A DNA stretch of 64,000 bases from Puniceicoccales bacterium (lineage in GTDB: Bacteria > Verrucomicrobiota > Verrucomicrobiia > Opitutales > JAIRLM01). The stretch lies in contig JAITKJ010000026.1 of NCBI GenBank assembly GCA_031278455.1, forward strand, positions 503 through 64,502. Direction: 5' to 3'. Shown piece after piece: positions 7,853-18,015 of the stretch (position 1 is the stretch's first letter; each line of letters opens with the position of its first letter). The notes under the pieces were generated by a model, which saw only the letters and a program-made list of their open reading frames with translations, was not told where the DNA came from and made no database searches. The position numbers and the translations under genes were made by a program.

Positions 7853-10462
7853 TTACTCAGCTGAAGCCTCCCCTGCGGAATTGTTTTTGGATGGATTTAC
7901 GCGCTTTTTATCCTGGGAATCCTTTAAAGCGCGGGGCGGGAAGGAAAATCCAATGCGGCCATTCTTGTCGAGTCTAAGAAAGGCGGAAAACGGCTTATGT
8001 GTGCGCTTGGAAACAAAATTTTCGATGAGCGGCGTTTTGCCCATTTTGACTAGGCTTAAAATTTCCTCCACGGTCATTTCATGGTTTAATAATGTTTTAC
8101 TTAGGCGAAAGGAGCATTTTTTGTCCTTTGAATTTTCGCACAAAAAACCCACATCCGTGATATAAATTTTTCCACCGCAACCGAGCGGACAGTCGCAAAT
8201 CGCCTGACTGTGCGCCATATTCTCGAACACCCGCTTCAGTTGTTCAGATTGCTCTCCATCAGTTTGCTCGAATTCCAATTTAGCTTTTCCGCCTTCAATT
8301 ACAATTGACGCTTTGAACGACCTCCCCATTCGAGATTTAAAATCTTCGAAGGGTCCAATACGTCCCGTTTTAATTAGTTCCATTATTTCCGCATCGCTTA
8401 ACTCGTGCCCGCCAATGACCTTGCTGACAGCAATAGATCGGTCAGTGGTACAATATGAACGGAAGGTTTCAATAAGCGGTTTGCCATCTATCGGCGAAAG
8501 GATACGGGACGTCGTGGTGCAAGAGGCGTCCATTTCGTCGAAGGTTTTAATGGACTCCGTCATAGATTTGGTAAGGCCAATAATCTCATCCATGAATTTT
8601 TCCCGAGTAAACCTTCCCTGTTCCATCTCGCGCAGTTTGAACTCCCATTCACCAGTCATCGCTGGATCTTTAAGGACATTGATTTTAGCGGCGGATAGAA
8701 AATTCAAGAGCCGCTCCGCCTTTGGCGTGGACAGAAGGCTCCGGTCCCGCTGTTCACTGCGGACAAGATAGCCGGTTCCGATAAGATTTTCCAAAATTTG
8801 AGCACGCGTGGCCGGTGTGCCCAGCCCGCGATCTTTCATAACTGCTGCAAGCTCCTCATCTTCAACGAATTTCCCAGCCGTTTCCATGGCGGAAAGGAGT
8901 GTTGCTTCCGTGTAATGGGCCGGTGGCCGCGTTTCCTCTTCCGAAAGATTGATTTCATTCACCTTCGCTTCTGGAGGTATGCCATCGTCCGCACAAACGG
9001 CCGGAAGCAACCCTTTGGCGTCTTCCGCGCTGCGGTCATAAACCTCCAAATATCCGGCAATGGCCAAAACCTTTCCCTCGGAAAGAAATGAATATCTCGC
9101 CAATTCGGTCACCCGCTGGGTTATATCATATTCCGCCTGCGGGAAAAAAACGGCGATGAATCGGCGGACAATCATATCATAGATACGTCCCTCGTCATCC
9201 CGCAGTTGGCGTGGTTTTTGTGGCGTTGGAATGATGGCAAAGTGATCGCTTACGTCCTTGTTGTTAAAAACCTTTTTGTCCGACGGCCGTATCCATCCGC
9301 CTGTGAGAATTTTTTGGGCCAGAACCGTGTAAGGTTCGCCAAGAATTTCCAACGTTTTGCGACAGGTGTCACCATAGTCCTCTGGGAGAGCTTTGGAATC
9401 CGTGCGCGGGTATGTGATTAATTTGTGCTGCTCGTAGAGCGCTTGGGCAATCTTAAGCGTTGATGCGGCAGAATAGTGAAAGCGCGTATTCGCTTCGCGC
9501 TGCAAGGTGGTCAAGTCATAGAGCCGCGGGGGAGACTGTTTGGTGCGTTTTTTCTTATCTGTGACGATTCCCTGGGAAATCTGTTTGGTGGCAGCAAAGA
9601 CCTCCTGTGCCCGTGCTTTGTCGAAAATACGGTCTCCCACCTTACCGTCGGAAAATACGCCATCGTAAGTGCCATTCTTGACGGAGAAGCGGCCGATAAT
9701 ACGCCAATACGGTTCCGGGATAAAATTGCGAATGGCCCGATCTCGCTCGACGACAAGTGTTAGCGTTGGAGTTTGCACGCGGCCAACCGTGGAAACGTCC
9801 TTTCCGTGGCCAGATGTGCGAGCAGTGACGGCGCGGGTTCCATTAATGCCAACAAGCCAATCCGCTTCCGAACGACAACGGGCAGCGTCTTGCAAGGGGC
9901 GCATGGATTCGGCTGGGCGTAAACAAGCAAAGGCGGAACGAATACCCTCTGTGGTCATGGAGACCATCCACAGGCGCCGGAATGGCTTTTTGCATTTGCA
10001 TAATTCGTAAATGTAGGTAAAAATGAGTTCTCCCTCGCGGCCAGCATCACAGGCGTTGATCACTTCGCCAATTTCTGCCGATGAAAGCCACTTTTTTAAC
10101 ATCTGTAGTCGCTTTTCCGACCCTTCACCCGGCTTGAGATTAAATTTCGTCGGGACAATGGGTAGAGTTTGCAAGGACCAGCGGCGGAGGGAGACATCAA
10201 TGTCCTCGGGCATTGGAAGAGATACTAGATGGCCAAGGGCGGAGGTAACCACATAATTAGCACCGATGTGGACGTCGCCATCTTTCGCATCAGCTTCGAG
10301 CACGCGGGCAATGTCACGAGCCACGCTTGGTTTTTCGCCGATAACCAGGATCTTTGTTCTACCGGCATCCGCAGAACTGCGTTTACTCTTCGTTTTTTTC
10401 AAACCTTTACTAGCGTCCATTTTACGTTTTTTGGAAATATGCGACCCATTTTCCTTCTCCAT
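7853..10462 (-). CDS. topB: type IA DNA topoisomerase, topoisomerase III-like, with C-terminal zinc-finger region
   Basis: TOPRIM start KILVIGEKPSVARDIA, ACDAGREGELI, GRVQTPTL, active-site Tyr context LITYPRTDS, and C-terminal Cys clusters (CDCPLGCGG, CENSKDKKC). The ORF opens at 10516. Internal Mets at 10462 or 10420 avoid or reduce overlap with rsmG. Confidence 0.8.
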   Translation of the reverse strand: MEKENGSHISKKRKMDASKGLKKTKSKRSSADAGRTKILVIGEKPSVARDIARVLEADAKDGDVHIGANYVVTSALGHLVSLPMPEDIDVSLRRWSLQTLPIVPTKFNLKPGEGSEKRLQMLKKWLSSAEIGEVINACDAGREGELIFTYIYELCKCKKPFRRLWMVSMTTEGIRSAFACLRPAESMRPLQDAARCRSEADWLVGINGTRAVTARTSGHGKDVSTVGRVQTPTLTLVVERDRAIRNFIPEPYWRIIGRFSVKNGTYDGVFSDGKVGDRIFDKARAQEVFAATKQISQGIVTDKKKRTKQSPPRLYDLTTLQREANTRFHYSAASTLKIAQALYEQHKLITYPRTDSKALPEDYGDTCRKTLEILGEPYTVLAQKILTGGWIRPSDKKVFNNKDVSDHFAIIPTPQKPRQLRDDEGRIYDMIVRRFIAVFFPQAEYDITQRVTELARYSFLSEGKVLAIAGYLEVYDRSAEDAKGLLPAVCADDGIPPEAKVNEINLSEEETRPPAHYTEATLLSAMETAGKFVEDEELAAVMKDRGLGTPATRAQILENLIGTGYLVRSEQRDRSLLSTPKAERLLNFLSAAKINVLKDPAMTGEWEFKLREMEQGRFTREKFMDEIIGLTKSMTESIKTFDEMDASCTTTSRILSPIDGKPLIETFRSYCTTDRSIAVSKVIGGHELSDAEIMELIKTGRIGPFEDFKSRMGRSFKASIVIEGGKAKLEFEQTDGEQSEQLKRVFENMAHSQAICDCPLGCGGKIYITDVGFLCENSKDKKCSFRLSKTLLNHEMTVEEILSLVKMGKTPLIENFVSKRTHKPFSAFLRLDKNGRIGFSFPPRALKDSQDKKRVNPSKNNSAGEASAE

Positions 10463-11102
10463 TGGAAATATGACAATGGCTTGCAAGCGAAAAAATCCGT
10501 GGTTGTGGTAGGCCAAGCATACGCCAGTTGCTCGTTAACGCCCCACCGCCTATGTATATGACGCCCTGCGGCGGCAAATCCGTCTCTTGATCTTTTGCCG
10601 GCAAATTGCTCGGTTTGCGTAAACGGGGCCAAGTCCATTTGAGAAACTGTGGCAGAGCGGCCACCGACCGACCGGTGATTACGTCAAAATTTTTTCGCGG
10701 CGGGAGGCTCTCTACACGCGATTGAAAAGTGGAGACGTTTCGTAAACCTAATTTTTCAACAAATTCAGCTACCGCGTAAATTTTTTTTCCAATGGAATCC
10801 AGCAAAGTGAAACGACATTTTGGAAACATGATGGCCAATGGAATCCCTGGCAATCCGCCGCCAGTACCAACATCTAGTATCTCTTCACCATCAGCAAACG
10901 GCAAAAAGACTCCAGCGGCCACGCAATGAAAAATATGCCAGGACAAAACTTGGTCCTCTTGCCGTCGGGAAATCAGGTTGAGCACTTGATTTTTTTCGAC
11001 TAACAATCGTGCGTACGCCTCCAACGGTTCCCGCCACTGCGCCACAACACTTGCAAATGATTCTGCCGTTATTAATTGCACCCCTATTGATGGGATTCCC
11101 AT
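10422..11102 (-). CDS. rsmG: 16S rRNA (guanine527-N7)-methyltransferase
   Basis: NLISRR...LDVGTGGGLPGIPLAIMFP...FTLLDSIGKKI, a typical GidB/RsmG SAM-binding core. The ORF extends to 11210, but Met at 11102 gives the normal length. Confidence 0.8.
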   Translation of the reverse strand: MGIPSIGVQLITAESFASVVAQWREPLEAYARLLVEKNQVLNLISRRQEDQVLSWHIFHCVAAGVFLPFADGEEILDVGTGGGLPGIPLAIMFPKCRFTLLDSIGKKIYAVAEFVEKLGLRNVSTFQSRVESLPPRKNFDVITGRSVAALPQFLKWTWPRLRKPSNLPAKDQETDLPPQGVIYIGGGALTSNWRMLGLPQPRIFSLASHCHISNGEGKWVAYFQKT

Positions 11103-11428
11103 ATTAGGTCTGCCGTCAGAGTCGATTTTTTTGTTATTTTTCCCGCGTGAAATGTGATATTGGGCGCAATTTTCACTCTCACACGGAGTGTTATCGCGAT
11201 GGAACCTCAAATTTATGGGGGCGGGCCTCTAATATTTCCAAACGATCCCCTCGCCCGAATTTGCCGTTCCAAGCGCTAGCAAAAAAACATTCGACAGGGA
11301 AATTTTTTTCACTTGACTGCATTCAAAGTAAGTTGGCGGCCGCTTTCAATATGAAAGTTGCGGTATTGGTTTTGTGGCAAGGGAAGCGACCCCTGCAATT
11401 GGGTTGCAGTTTGAGGCAATGGACAGGA

Positions 11429-12880
11429 ATGAAATTTACAGATTTGAACCCGAAAAGGGAAATCGGTGCACATAGTTTGCACATTGAATTGGGGGCGTTT
11501 CGCATACTCATTGACGGCGGCATGAGCCCAAAGGACGTGGGACTGGCCTGTTTGCCAGATTACACGCGCATGGAAAAGGATTCCGTCGATCTTATTTTAC
11601 TCACGCATTGTCATTTGGACCATATTGGATCACTTCCATGTGTCCATCGGCTACAACCATCGGCACGACTTTTGATGACGCGAGCATCCGCGGAAATTTT
11701 ACCGGTGATGCTGCAAAATTCGCACACGGTGATGTTGCGCCAGCGGGATGAATTGGACGTGAAGGAATACCCGCTATTCACGCGCCAGGAGGTGGATGCG
11801 GTGAGCGACGACACGTTCATTATGAGTTTCGGCCATACACGGGAATTCATCAAGGGCGACGACCGGCTGAAGATTACTTTCTACCCGGCTGGCCACGTCA
11901 TGGGTGCAGCATCAATCTTGCTGGAACACCAGGGAGTGCGATATTTTTTTACCGGCGACATCCTCTTCCGCGATCAAAATACCCTGCACGGGGCGCGGAT
12001 CCCGCAAATGCAGGTGGATGTGCTCGTAACCGAAACAACCCGTGGACTTGCGGACCCGCCCGCGGAGTTTTCCTACGAAGATGAAATTTTGCGACTGCTG
12101 GAGTCCGTGGCAAAAACCCTCAACGGGGGCGGATCCTGTCTGTTGCCGGTTTTTGCCCTGGGACGGCTTCAGGAAATGGTCACGCTGATTTATACGGCCC
12201 GGCGGAATAAAATTCTTCCGCGGCGGTTCCCTATTTATTGCTCTGGACTTGGATTGGCAATCGTAGATGTTTTCGAGAAAATTTACCGTAACCGCCGCTA
12301 CTATGGTGTCGACTATCGGGTGGAAAATCCCATTGAGGTTCCCGGTTCGAGACCGGCTTTGGAGCATCCCATGGCGCCGAGAGAAAAGTGCCTATTTCGT
12401 AAACACTTTCTCCGAGATCTCGGAGTGCGCCCGCTCATCGGCCGGCGGTTGAAACCGGGCCTGGATATCCGTGTTCCCAGTCTGTTTATTATGAGCAGCG
12501 GCATGCTCGCGGAGCACACGCCCTCATACCAAATCGCTTCCTCGCTGCTGCCCTATGAGCACAATTTGATCGCTTTCACCGGCTATTGCGATGCGGATAC
12601 TCCGGGAGGGAAGCTCTTGGCCATGCAGCCGGGGGAAACGTTTTCCTTCGACGCGCTCAAATTCGAAACGCCCATCCGCGCGGCCATCCGCCGTTACGAT
12701 TTCACGGGCCACGCCGACCGGGAGGACTTGGTCCATTTGGCCCAGTGCCTGCGGCCAAAAACAATTGTTCTTTCCCACGGCGAACAAGATTCGCGCCTGT
12801 GGTTTATGAACACCCTTGCCGAACGCATGCCAACGGCTAAAATTGTCAATCCCGAGCCACAAATTACGTATGATATCTAG
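11429..12880 (+). CDS. beta-CASP family MBL-fold hydrolase (RNA-metabolising nuclease type)
   Basis: HxHxDH motif LLTHCHLDHIGSLP, later FTGHADREDL and VLSHGE (beta-CASP motifs B/C). ATG at 11429 (MKFTDLNPKREIGAHSLHIELG) fits family N-termini. The upstream part of the 11147 ORF overlaps the rsmG start. Confidence 0.75.
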   Translation: MKFTDLNPKREIGAHSLHIELGAFRILIDGGMSPKDVGLACLPDYTRMEKDSVDLILLTHCHLDHIGSLPCVHRLQPSARLLMTRASAEILPVMLQNSHTVMLRQRDELDVKEYPLFTRQEVDAVSDDTFIMSFGHTREFIKGDDRLKITFYPAGHVMGAASILLEHQGVRYFFTGDILFRDQNTLHGARIPQMQVDVLVTETTRGLADPPAEFSYEDEILRLLESVAKTLNGGGSCLLPVFALGRLQEMVTLIYTARRNKILPRRFPIYCSGLGLAIVDVFEKIYRNRRYYGVDYRVENPIEVPGSRPALEHPMAPREKCLFRKHFLRDLGVRPLIGRRLKPGLDIRVPSLFIMSSGMLAEHTPSYQIASSLLPYEHNLIAFTGYCDADTPGGKLLAMQPGETFSFDALKFETPIRAAIRRYDFTGHADREDLVHLAQCLRPKTIVLSHGEQDSRLWFMNTLAERMPTAKIVNPEPQITYDI

Positions 12881-12924
12881 TCGGAGATGCGGTTGCAAAA
12901 TCCATCAATGGGGTCTGCAACTTC

Positions 12925-13001
12925 TGGTCGGGATGGCCGGATTCGAACCGGCGACCTCTACGTCCCGAACGTAGCGCTCTGCCAGACTAAGCTACATCCC
13001 G
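12925..13001 (-). tRNA. tRNA-Pro (anticodon CGG)
   Basis: The reverse complement reads CGGGATGTAGCTTAGTCTGGCAGAGCGCTACGTTCGGGACGTAGAGGTCGCCGGTTCGAATCCGGCCATCCCGACCA. Acceptor CGGGATG/CATCCCG, anticodon stem CTACG/CGTAG with loop TTCGGGA, T-loop GGTTCGAATCC, encoded CCA. Confidence 0.9.
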
Positions 13002-13290
13002 CCCAAGAATTTCATGAACGAAATCCAGCGGTCCCCCGCAAGTGTAAAAGCATCCATCGAATTATCTCGCATTTTAATCCACTATAGTGGACTTTCCTAC
13101 GGAGGCTAAAATTATGGCTTTGGAATTCGCGGTTCATGCGGCAGAAAGTGACCCAAGATCGGCCCTTACAAGAAATCCGATTTCTACAACGTTTTCCTAA
13201 AAATTCAACGGCAGACGTGCTCCAGCATCGGGTTTATTTTTTTGCCGGAGTGCATTTGACTCCAATGGAACGACTTTTAACTTGTGGCCA

Positions 13291-14184
13291 ATGGACGATA
13301 TTTTACCCGAAGCCGTGCGTGACCATTACCCATTTACAAGTCGCTATGTGACTTTACCGAACGGCCATCGGGTCCACTATGTGGACGAGGGACAGGAAAA
13401 TCTGACGCTTTTTTTGCACGACATCCCCCTTTGGTCATTTTTTTTCCGCAACCTCATCTCAGCCTTGCGCAACCAATTTCGCTGCTTGGCCTTTGATTAC
13501 CTTGGTTTCGGGTTCTCCGACAAACCGGAAGTATACCCATACTCGCTGCGGACCATTTCCCAAAATGCCGTCGATTTTTTGAAAAAAATGAACGTTGGAA
13601 AATTCAGTCTCGTTTTGCACGGCTGGGGTGCGGTCCCGGGGATGATCATCGCCCAACGCTGGCCCGAACGGGTAAATCGCATTATTCTTCTGAATGGCAG
13701 CTGCTTCCCGGATTTTTTGCCGCCATTTTCCTATTCTTTTTACACCATGGGGGCGCTCGGGAAGTTTTTCGTCGAGTGGCTCAATTTACCCGTCCTCGGC
13801 ACGGCATTTTCGACGGATATTGGCAGCTATTCCCGAAAAGGCTACCGCTGGCCCTATCGCCACCGTCACGATCGGGTACCAACGCGCATTTTTATTGAAA
13901 ATCTACCGTATGCCTGGAATGAGGAGGATCGTGTCTGGCTTGAGGAAATTGCAAGCCGCATGCCCATTCTTACCCACAAAAAGTTCCTGGCGCTTTGGGG
14001 GATGCGAGATAAAACGTTTTCGCGCGCGCTTTTGGACCAGTGGAAGGAAGAGCTTAATCATTTTTACGTGCACGAATTTTCAGCATCCGGTCGCAATGCC
14101 CTTGAAGATGAATTTGAAACCATGCTTCCACTTATCCGCCGCTTTCTAGTCGCCGGATTGGAGCCTAAGTTACCGCAACTGTGA
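13291..14184 (+). CDS. alpha/beta-fold protein, haloalkane dehalogenase-like, apparently lacking catalytic residues
   Basis: Colinear with HLD-type hydrolases: HYVDEG, LFLHDIP..., SLVLHGWGAVPG...WPERV. The nucleophile position reads G (HGWG instead of HDWG). The C-terminal catalytic His position appears to be R (SGRNALEDE). Confidence 0.7.
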   Translation: MDDILPEAVRDHYPFTSRYVTLPNGHRVHYVDEGQENLTLFLHDIPLWSFFFRNLISALRNQFRCLAFDYLGFGFSDKPEVYPYSLRTISQNAVDFLKKMNVGKFSLVLHGWGAVPGMIIAQRWPERVNRIILLNGSCFPDFLPPFSYSFYTMGALGKFFVEWLNLPVLGTAFSTDIGSYSRKGYRWPYRHRHDRVPTRIFIENLPYAWNEEDRVWLEEIASRMPILTHKKFLALWGMRDKTFSRALLDQWKEELNHFYVHEFSASGRNALEDEFETMLPLIRRFLVAGLEPKLPQL

Positions 14185-14653
14185 TGTGATATTGGGCATG
14201 ACGGGCATTAAATTGCAAATGGCTCGGTTAACAACCGAAGGCAAAGAGCAAACATGCAACACATATCCGACACTTTGCGCAAATTGGTGCTTTGCGCCCA
14301 AGCTGCAAAATTTGGCACTTCTTGCGCAATGGCTGCAGGCCCACAAAACTTCGATTATATTGTAGCGGATCAAATGTGAGGAGTTTGGCGTTATGCATTT
14401 AACGGCAACCAAGTAATTAACGAAAAACTTACCAGAACGGGTGCATACATGTTTTCCCGTGTGTATAACGACACAGACGCGGCTCCTTTGGGAAATGGCA
14501 TTAACTGTTTATGCTCACAAATTTAGGCGGATTCGGCTGAGGTCCTGTAAGTTTCGCACAAAAACCCGAATTAAGTATGGCGCTAAGAGCGATAAAATTT
14601 AAAATCAAACATTTTATATTGCAATTGTTGTCAGTCGGTATTATTATTGTGCC

Positions 14654-15658
14654 ATGAGCGATGAAAATACCGCATCAAGGATAGATCAAACCGTTCGCAC
14701 AATTAATAAATTGTTTGGCGATGGAGCGGTAATGAAATTAGGAGAGGCCGTATCCATGCGCGTTGACGTAATTTCGACCGGGTCCATGGCCATTGATGTC
14801 GCACTCGGCGTTGGTGGAATCCCGCGCGGGCGCATCTGCGAAATTTATGGACCAGAATCTTCCGGAAAAACCACCTTTTGCCTCAGTGTGGTGGCATCGG
14901 CGCAAAAAATGGGTGGCGTTGCTGCGTTTGTTGATGTGGAGCACGCCTTAGACCCAACCTACGCAAAGGTAGTTGGCGTCGACTTGGGATCGTTACTCAT
15001 TGCACAGCCGGAAAGTGGTGAAATGGCGCTACAGATTGTGGAGCAGCTGATTCAGTCTGGGAATGTGGACGTCGTGATTTTGGATTCCGTTGCAGCACTT
15101 GTAACAAAAGGGGAACTTGAGGGACAGCTGGGAGATGCGACCGTTGGCCAACAGGCGCGATTAATGGGGCAAGCCATGCGCCGGCTGACCGCGGCCATTA
15201 GTAGAACCCGGTGTGTATGCATCTTTACCAACCAAATTCGCGACAAAATCGGCGTATCTTACGGAAATCCAGAAACAACACCTGGCGGCCGAGCTCTCAA
15301 ATTTTTTTCTTCACTTCGCTTGGACATACGCCGCGTGTCTACTATCAAAGATTCCGATGGTAAGGTTATCGGTAGCCGTACGCGGATAAAGGTAGTTAAA
15401 AATAAGGTTGCTCCACCATTCCGTGAGTGTGAATTCGACATACTTTTTGGAGAAGGAATTTCGAATCTCGGTAGCCTGGTTGATCTCGGCATCGAATGCG
15501 GCATTCTGACACAACGAGGCGCGTGGATCTACCTCGCTGACGCTTCATTGGGACAGGGACGCGTGGCAGCAAAAGCATTTTTGGGCATGAATCCAGACAT
15601 GGCTACGCTACTCCGCGACGGCATTATGGAGCACGTAAATGCATTTCGAAAATTATAA
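14654..15658 (+). CDS. recA: recombinase RecA
   Basis: GRICEIYGPESSGKTT (Walker A), FVDVEHALDP, VILDSVAAL, NQIRDKIGVSYGNPETTPGGRALKFF. Full length. Confidence 0.95.
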   Translation: MSDENTASRIDQTVRTINKLFGDGAVMKLGEAVSMRVDVISTGSMAIDVALGVGGIPRGRICEIYGPESSGKTTFCLSVVASAQKMGGVAAFVDVEHALDPTYAKVVGVDLGSLLIAQPESGEMALQIVEQLIQSGNVDVVILDSVAALVTKGELEGQLGDATVGQQARLMGQAMRRLTAAISRTRCVCIFTNQIRDKIGVSYGNPETTPGGRALKFFSSLRLDIRRVSTIKDSDGKVIGSRTRIKVVKNKVAPPFRECEFDILFGEGISNLGSLVDLGIECGILTQRGAWIYLADASLGQGRVAAKAFLGMNPDMATLLRDGIMEHVNAFRKL

Positions 15659-15870
15659 AGATGGTCAAATGCTGGACTTTCGCGCCATTATGCATATTTA
15701 GCGCGATCTGAATGATGGCCGATGTCACTTGTGTAAAAAACTGATAAATTCGCGGTGATCTACCTTTAGTAAATATAAAAACGTTGGACTCGTTGCTGAT
15801 ATCGACTTTTTTACAATGCTTCGATATGCAAATTTGAGGATGCTATTTTTGGCATCAAGATTCAACAGGC

Positions 15871-15898
15871 TTGACTATATTTCGATGGCCCGTATGAT
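15871..15898 (+). promoter_or_regulatory. candidate sigma70-type promoter upstream of mnmE
   Basis: TTGACT (15871..15876), 16-nt spacer, TATGAT (15893..15898). It lies about 100 nt upstream of the likely mnmE start. Confidence 0.3.
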
Positions 15899-16001
15899 TA
15901 ATTGCTGCTGGCGTCGGATTTTTATCCACCTTTTATAGACAGGCGCTGGTTGTTGAATTCAGTTGATTGGCAGGCAGCATCCGCTTATTCGTTGCGACAC
16001 T

Positions 16002-17357
16002 ATGGCGTTGGTGGAATCGACATTTGTTGCCTTATCGACTCCATGGGGGGCATCTGGGGTTGCAGTCGTTCGATGCAGTGGTCCACTGTGTTTGCCGCTC
16101 TATGAAGCAATTTTTTCGCAGGCACCGGGGCCACGCCGAACTTATGTAAGAATTTATAGAACCATCAATGGATCTGTTCTGGACCGCGTGGTCGTTGCTT
16201 ATTATTGCGCACCAAGATCATACACTGGGCAGGATATGCTGGAAATTTCCTGCCACGGGAATCCGCTTATCATTCAAAAAATTTTAGAAGACCTATGCAG
16301 CCGCGGTTGCCGTTTGGCGGAACCAGGGGAATTTACTCGAACGGCGTTTCTCAACGGGAAAATGGACTTGGCTCAGGCGGAGGCGGTTGCAGACCTAATT
16401 CATTGCCAAAGCGAAGCGGCACTGCGTACTGCCCAAAATCAACTAGCGGGCGGCATCGGTCGTGCAATCGAAGACATATGCGGGCAATTAGTCCGGATTT
16501 TAGCCCATCTGGAGGTAACTCTCGATTTTCCCGAGGAGGAACCATTCCCCATTGATGCAACAGAAATAATGGCAAACCTAGACGCCATAGGGAATCAACT
16601 TAATAAACTGGAGGCCACCATTAGATATCGGCCAATATTGGAGTTTGGCGTGCAAACGGTGATCATCGGCCCTCCAAATGTGGGTAAAAGTAGTCTGCTC
16701 AACGGACTTTTGAGCCGGGAGCGGGCCTTGGTAAGCTCCATTGCTGGGACCACGCGAGACTTTTTGGAGGAATCCATTTCGATTGGCACCTGGAACCTGC
16801 GCATCGTTGATACTGCCGGATTGCACCACGCCACGGATGATCTGGAGCAATTGGGAATGCGGCGTAGCAGGGAAAAATTGGAAGCCGCGGACTTCGTACT
16901 CCTTGTTTTGGATGGCTCACGGGCAATTCCGAGTTTAAATCATTTTGATTGGGCGATCCTTGGGCAAAAAAAAGGACTTGTTCTCCTTAATAAACGGGAT
17001 CTGCCGACGCTTGCAGACGGAACACATGTGCCCCTGCCGTGGGAAAGGATTTCCGTTTCCGCCATAAACTCCAGCGATATGGCGAAACTCAAAAATCGCA
17101 TTTGCCAAGAACTGGAAGCCAATCGCATTGTGCCCAATGATTTGCCCTGCGTCGTGAATATGCGACAAAGTGGATGTTTACGCGGAGCAATCCGCGGAAC
17201 GGAAGCGGCACGAAAATTATTGCAAAAAGAGCAGGCCATGGATCTTGCGGCCGCTGAGCTTAACTTTGCGCTCAAATTTCTGGGAAAGATCACTGGTCGG
17301 GACACGAGCGAAGACGTCTTAAGCCAAATATTTGACCAATTTTGTATTGGGAAATGA
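16002..17357 (+). CDS. mnmE: tRNA modification GTPase MnmE
   Basis: G1 motif GPPNVGKSSLLN, DTAG, NKRD, and the diagnostic C-terminal CIGK. Met at 16002 (MALVESTFVALSTP) fits better than the 15963 ORF start. Confidence 0.9.
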   Translation: MALVESTFVALSTPWGASGVAVVRCSGPLCLPLYEAIFSQAPGPRRTYVRIYRTINGSVLDRVVVAYYCAPRSYTGQDMLEISCHGNPLIIQKILEDLCSRGCRLAEPGEFTRTAFLNGKMDLAQAEAVADLIHCQSEAALRTAQNQLAGGIGRAIEDICGQLVRILAHLEVTLDFPEEEPFPIDATEIMANLDAIGNQLNKLEATIRYRPILEFGVQTVIIGPPNVGKSSLLNGLLSRERALVSSIAGTTRDFLEESISIGTWNLRIVDTAGLHHATDDLEQLGMRRSREKLEAADFVLLVLDGSRAIPSLNHFDWAILGQKKGLVLLNKRDLPTLADGTHVPLPWERISVSAINSSDMAKLKNRICQELEANRIVPNDLPCVVNMRQSGCLRGAIRGTEAARKLLQKEQAMDLAAAELNFALKFLGKITGRDTSEDVLSQIFDQFCIGK

Positions 17358-17358
17358 G

Positions 17359-17868
17359 TTATGTCCCGGCTTCTGCAAAAAGCAGTTGTAGAAATATTTT
17401 CACCGCTGCATAGCAGGCTTTCTCGCGTATAAGATTTTTTTGACCGAAAAACTCCGAAAAATCGACACGCTGTACGTGTGTCTTTTTTGGTGTTTGAAAA
17501 GCCATCCAGATAATGCCGATATCAGCTGCATGCACATCCTCCCACTGGCTTGCAAACCCAGATAAAGCAATTGCATGGGTTGCAGAAAACTTGTCCAGTA
17601 CGCTTTTTGCTGCGGCCGTAGCAATTTCGGCGCTTTCTATTCCGTAATTACGCATGTAGGCACCCGGAATGCAAAAGATGTCTTCAAAGGCGGAAAACGA
17701 ATAGGCCACGCTTGCGCCTTTAAAAACAGCTGACGCTCCATGGCCGCCGACTAAAAAATTGGATAGCATACCGCCAGTTGAAGATTCTCCTAGCGCTAGC
17801 GTGAACCGGCCTCGGCGCATGACCGAAAGGATAATGTCAATAACGGAATAGATATCACCATCCCCCAT
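17359..17868 (-). CDS. CinA-family C-terminal domain protein (nicotinamide-nucleotide amidohydrolase PncC-like)
   Basis: TLALGESSTGGMLSNFLV...GASAVFKGASVAYS matches the ESCTGG core of PncC/CinA. The start was chosen at the Met giving about 169 aa. The ORF extends to 18012, which abuts the tmRNA. Confidence 0.6.
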   Translation of the reverse strand: MGDGDIYSVIDIILSVMRRGRFTLALGESSTGGMLSNFLVGGHGASAVFKGASVAYSFSAFEDIFCIPGAYMRNYGIESAEIATAAAKSVLDKFSATHAIALSGFASQWEDVHAADIGIIWMAFQTPKKTHVQRVDFSEFFGQKNLIREKACYAAVKIFLQLLFAEAGT

Positions 17869-18015
17869 ATAGGGCTCGGAGCGATATTCATCGCCAGACG
17901 GAAAATCCAAGGAGGAAACAGTGCTGCGAAAATCCATTTTTGACTTGACTTCCCACTGGTAATCCTGTGCTATTTTTCTGTCAAAGCGAAAATGCTCGAC
18001 AGTAAAAATCAAATT

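Noticed and set aside
11147-11428. 94-codon N-terminal extension of the beta-CASP ORF
   Set aside because: It overlaps the rsmG start region on the other strand. The family-like N-terminus begins at ATG 11429.
14275-14329. Two copies of the palindrome TTGCGCAA, 47 bp apart, upstream of recA, as a possible SOS operator
   Set aside because: They do not match LexA-box consensus forms I know, and they lie more than 320 bp upstream of the start codon. The evidence is too weak to call.
15922-15930. DnaA-box-like TTATCCACC in the recA-mnmE spacer, near gid-type genes, as a possible oriC
   Set aside because: I found only one 8/9 box. There is no cluster of boxes and no AT-rich 13-mer array. dnaA/dnaN are absent from the window, and rsmG, mnmE and mnmG are dispersed.
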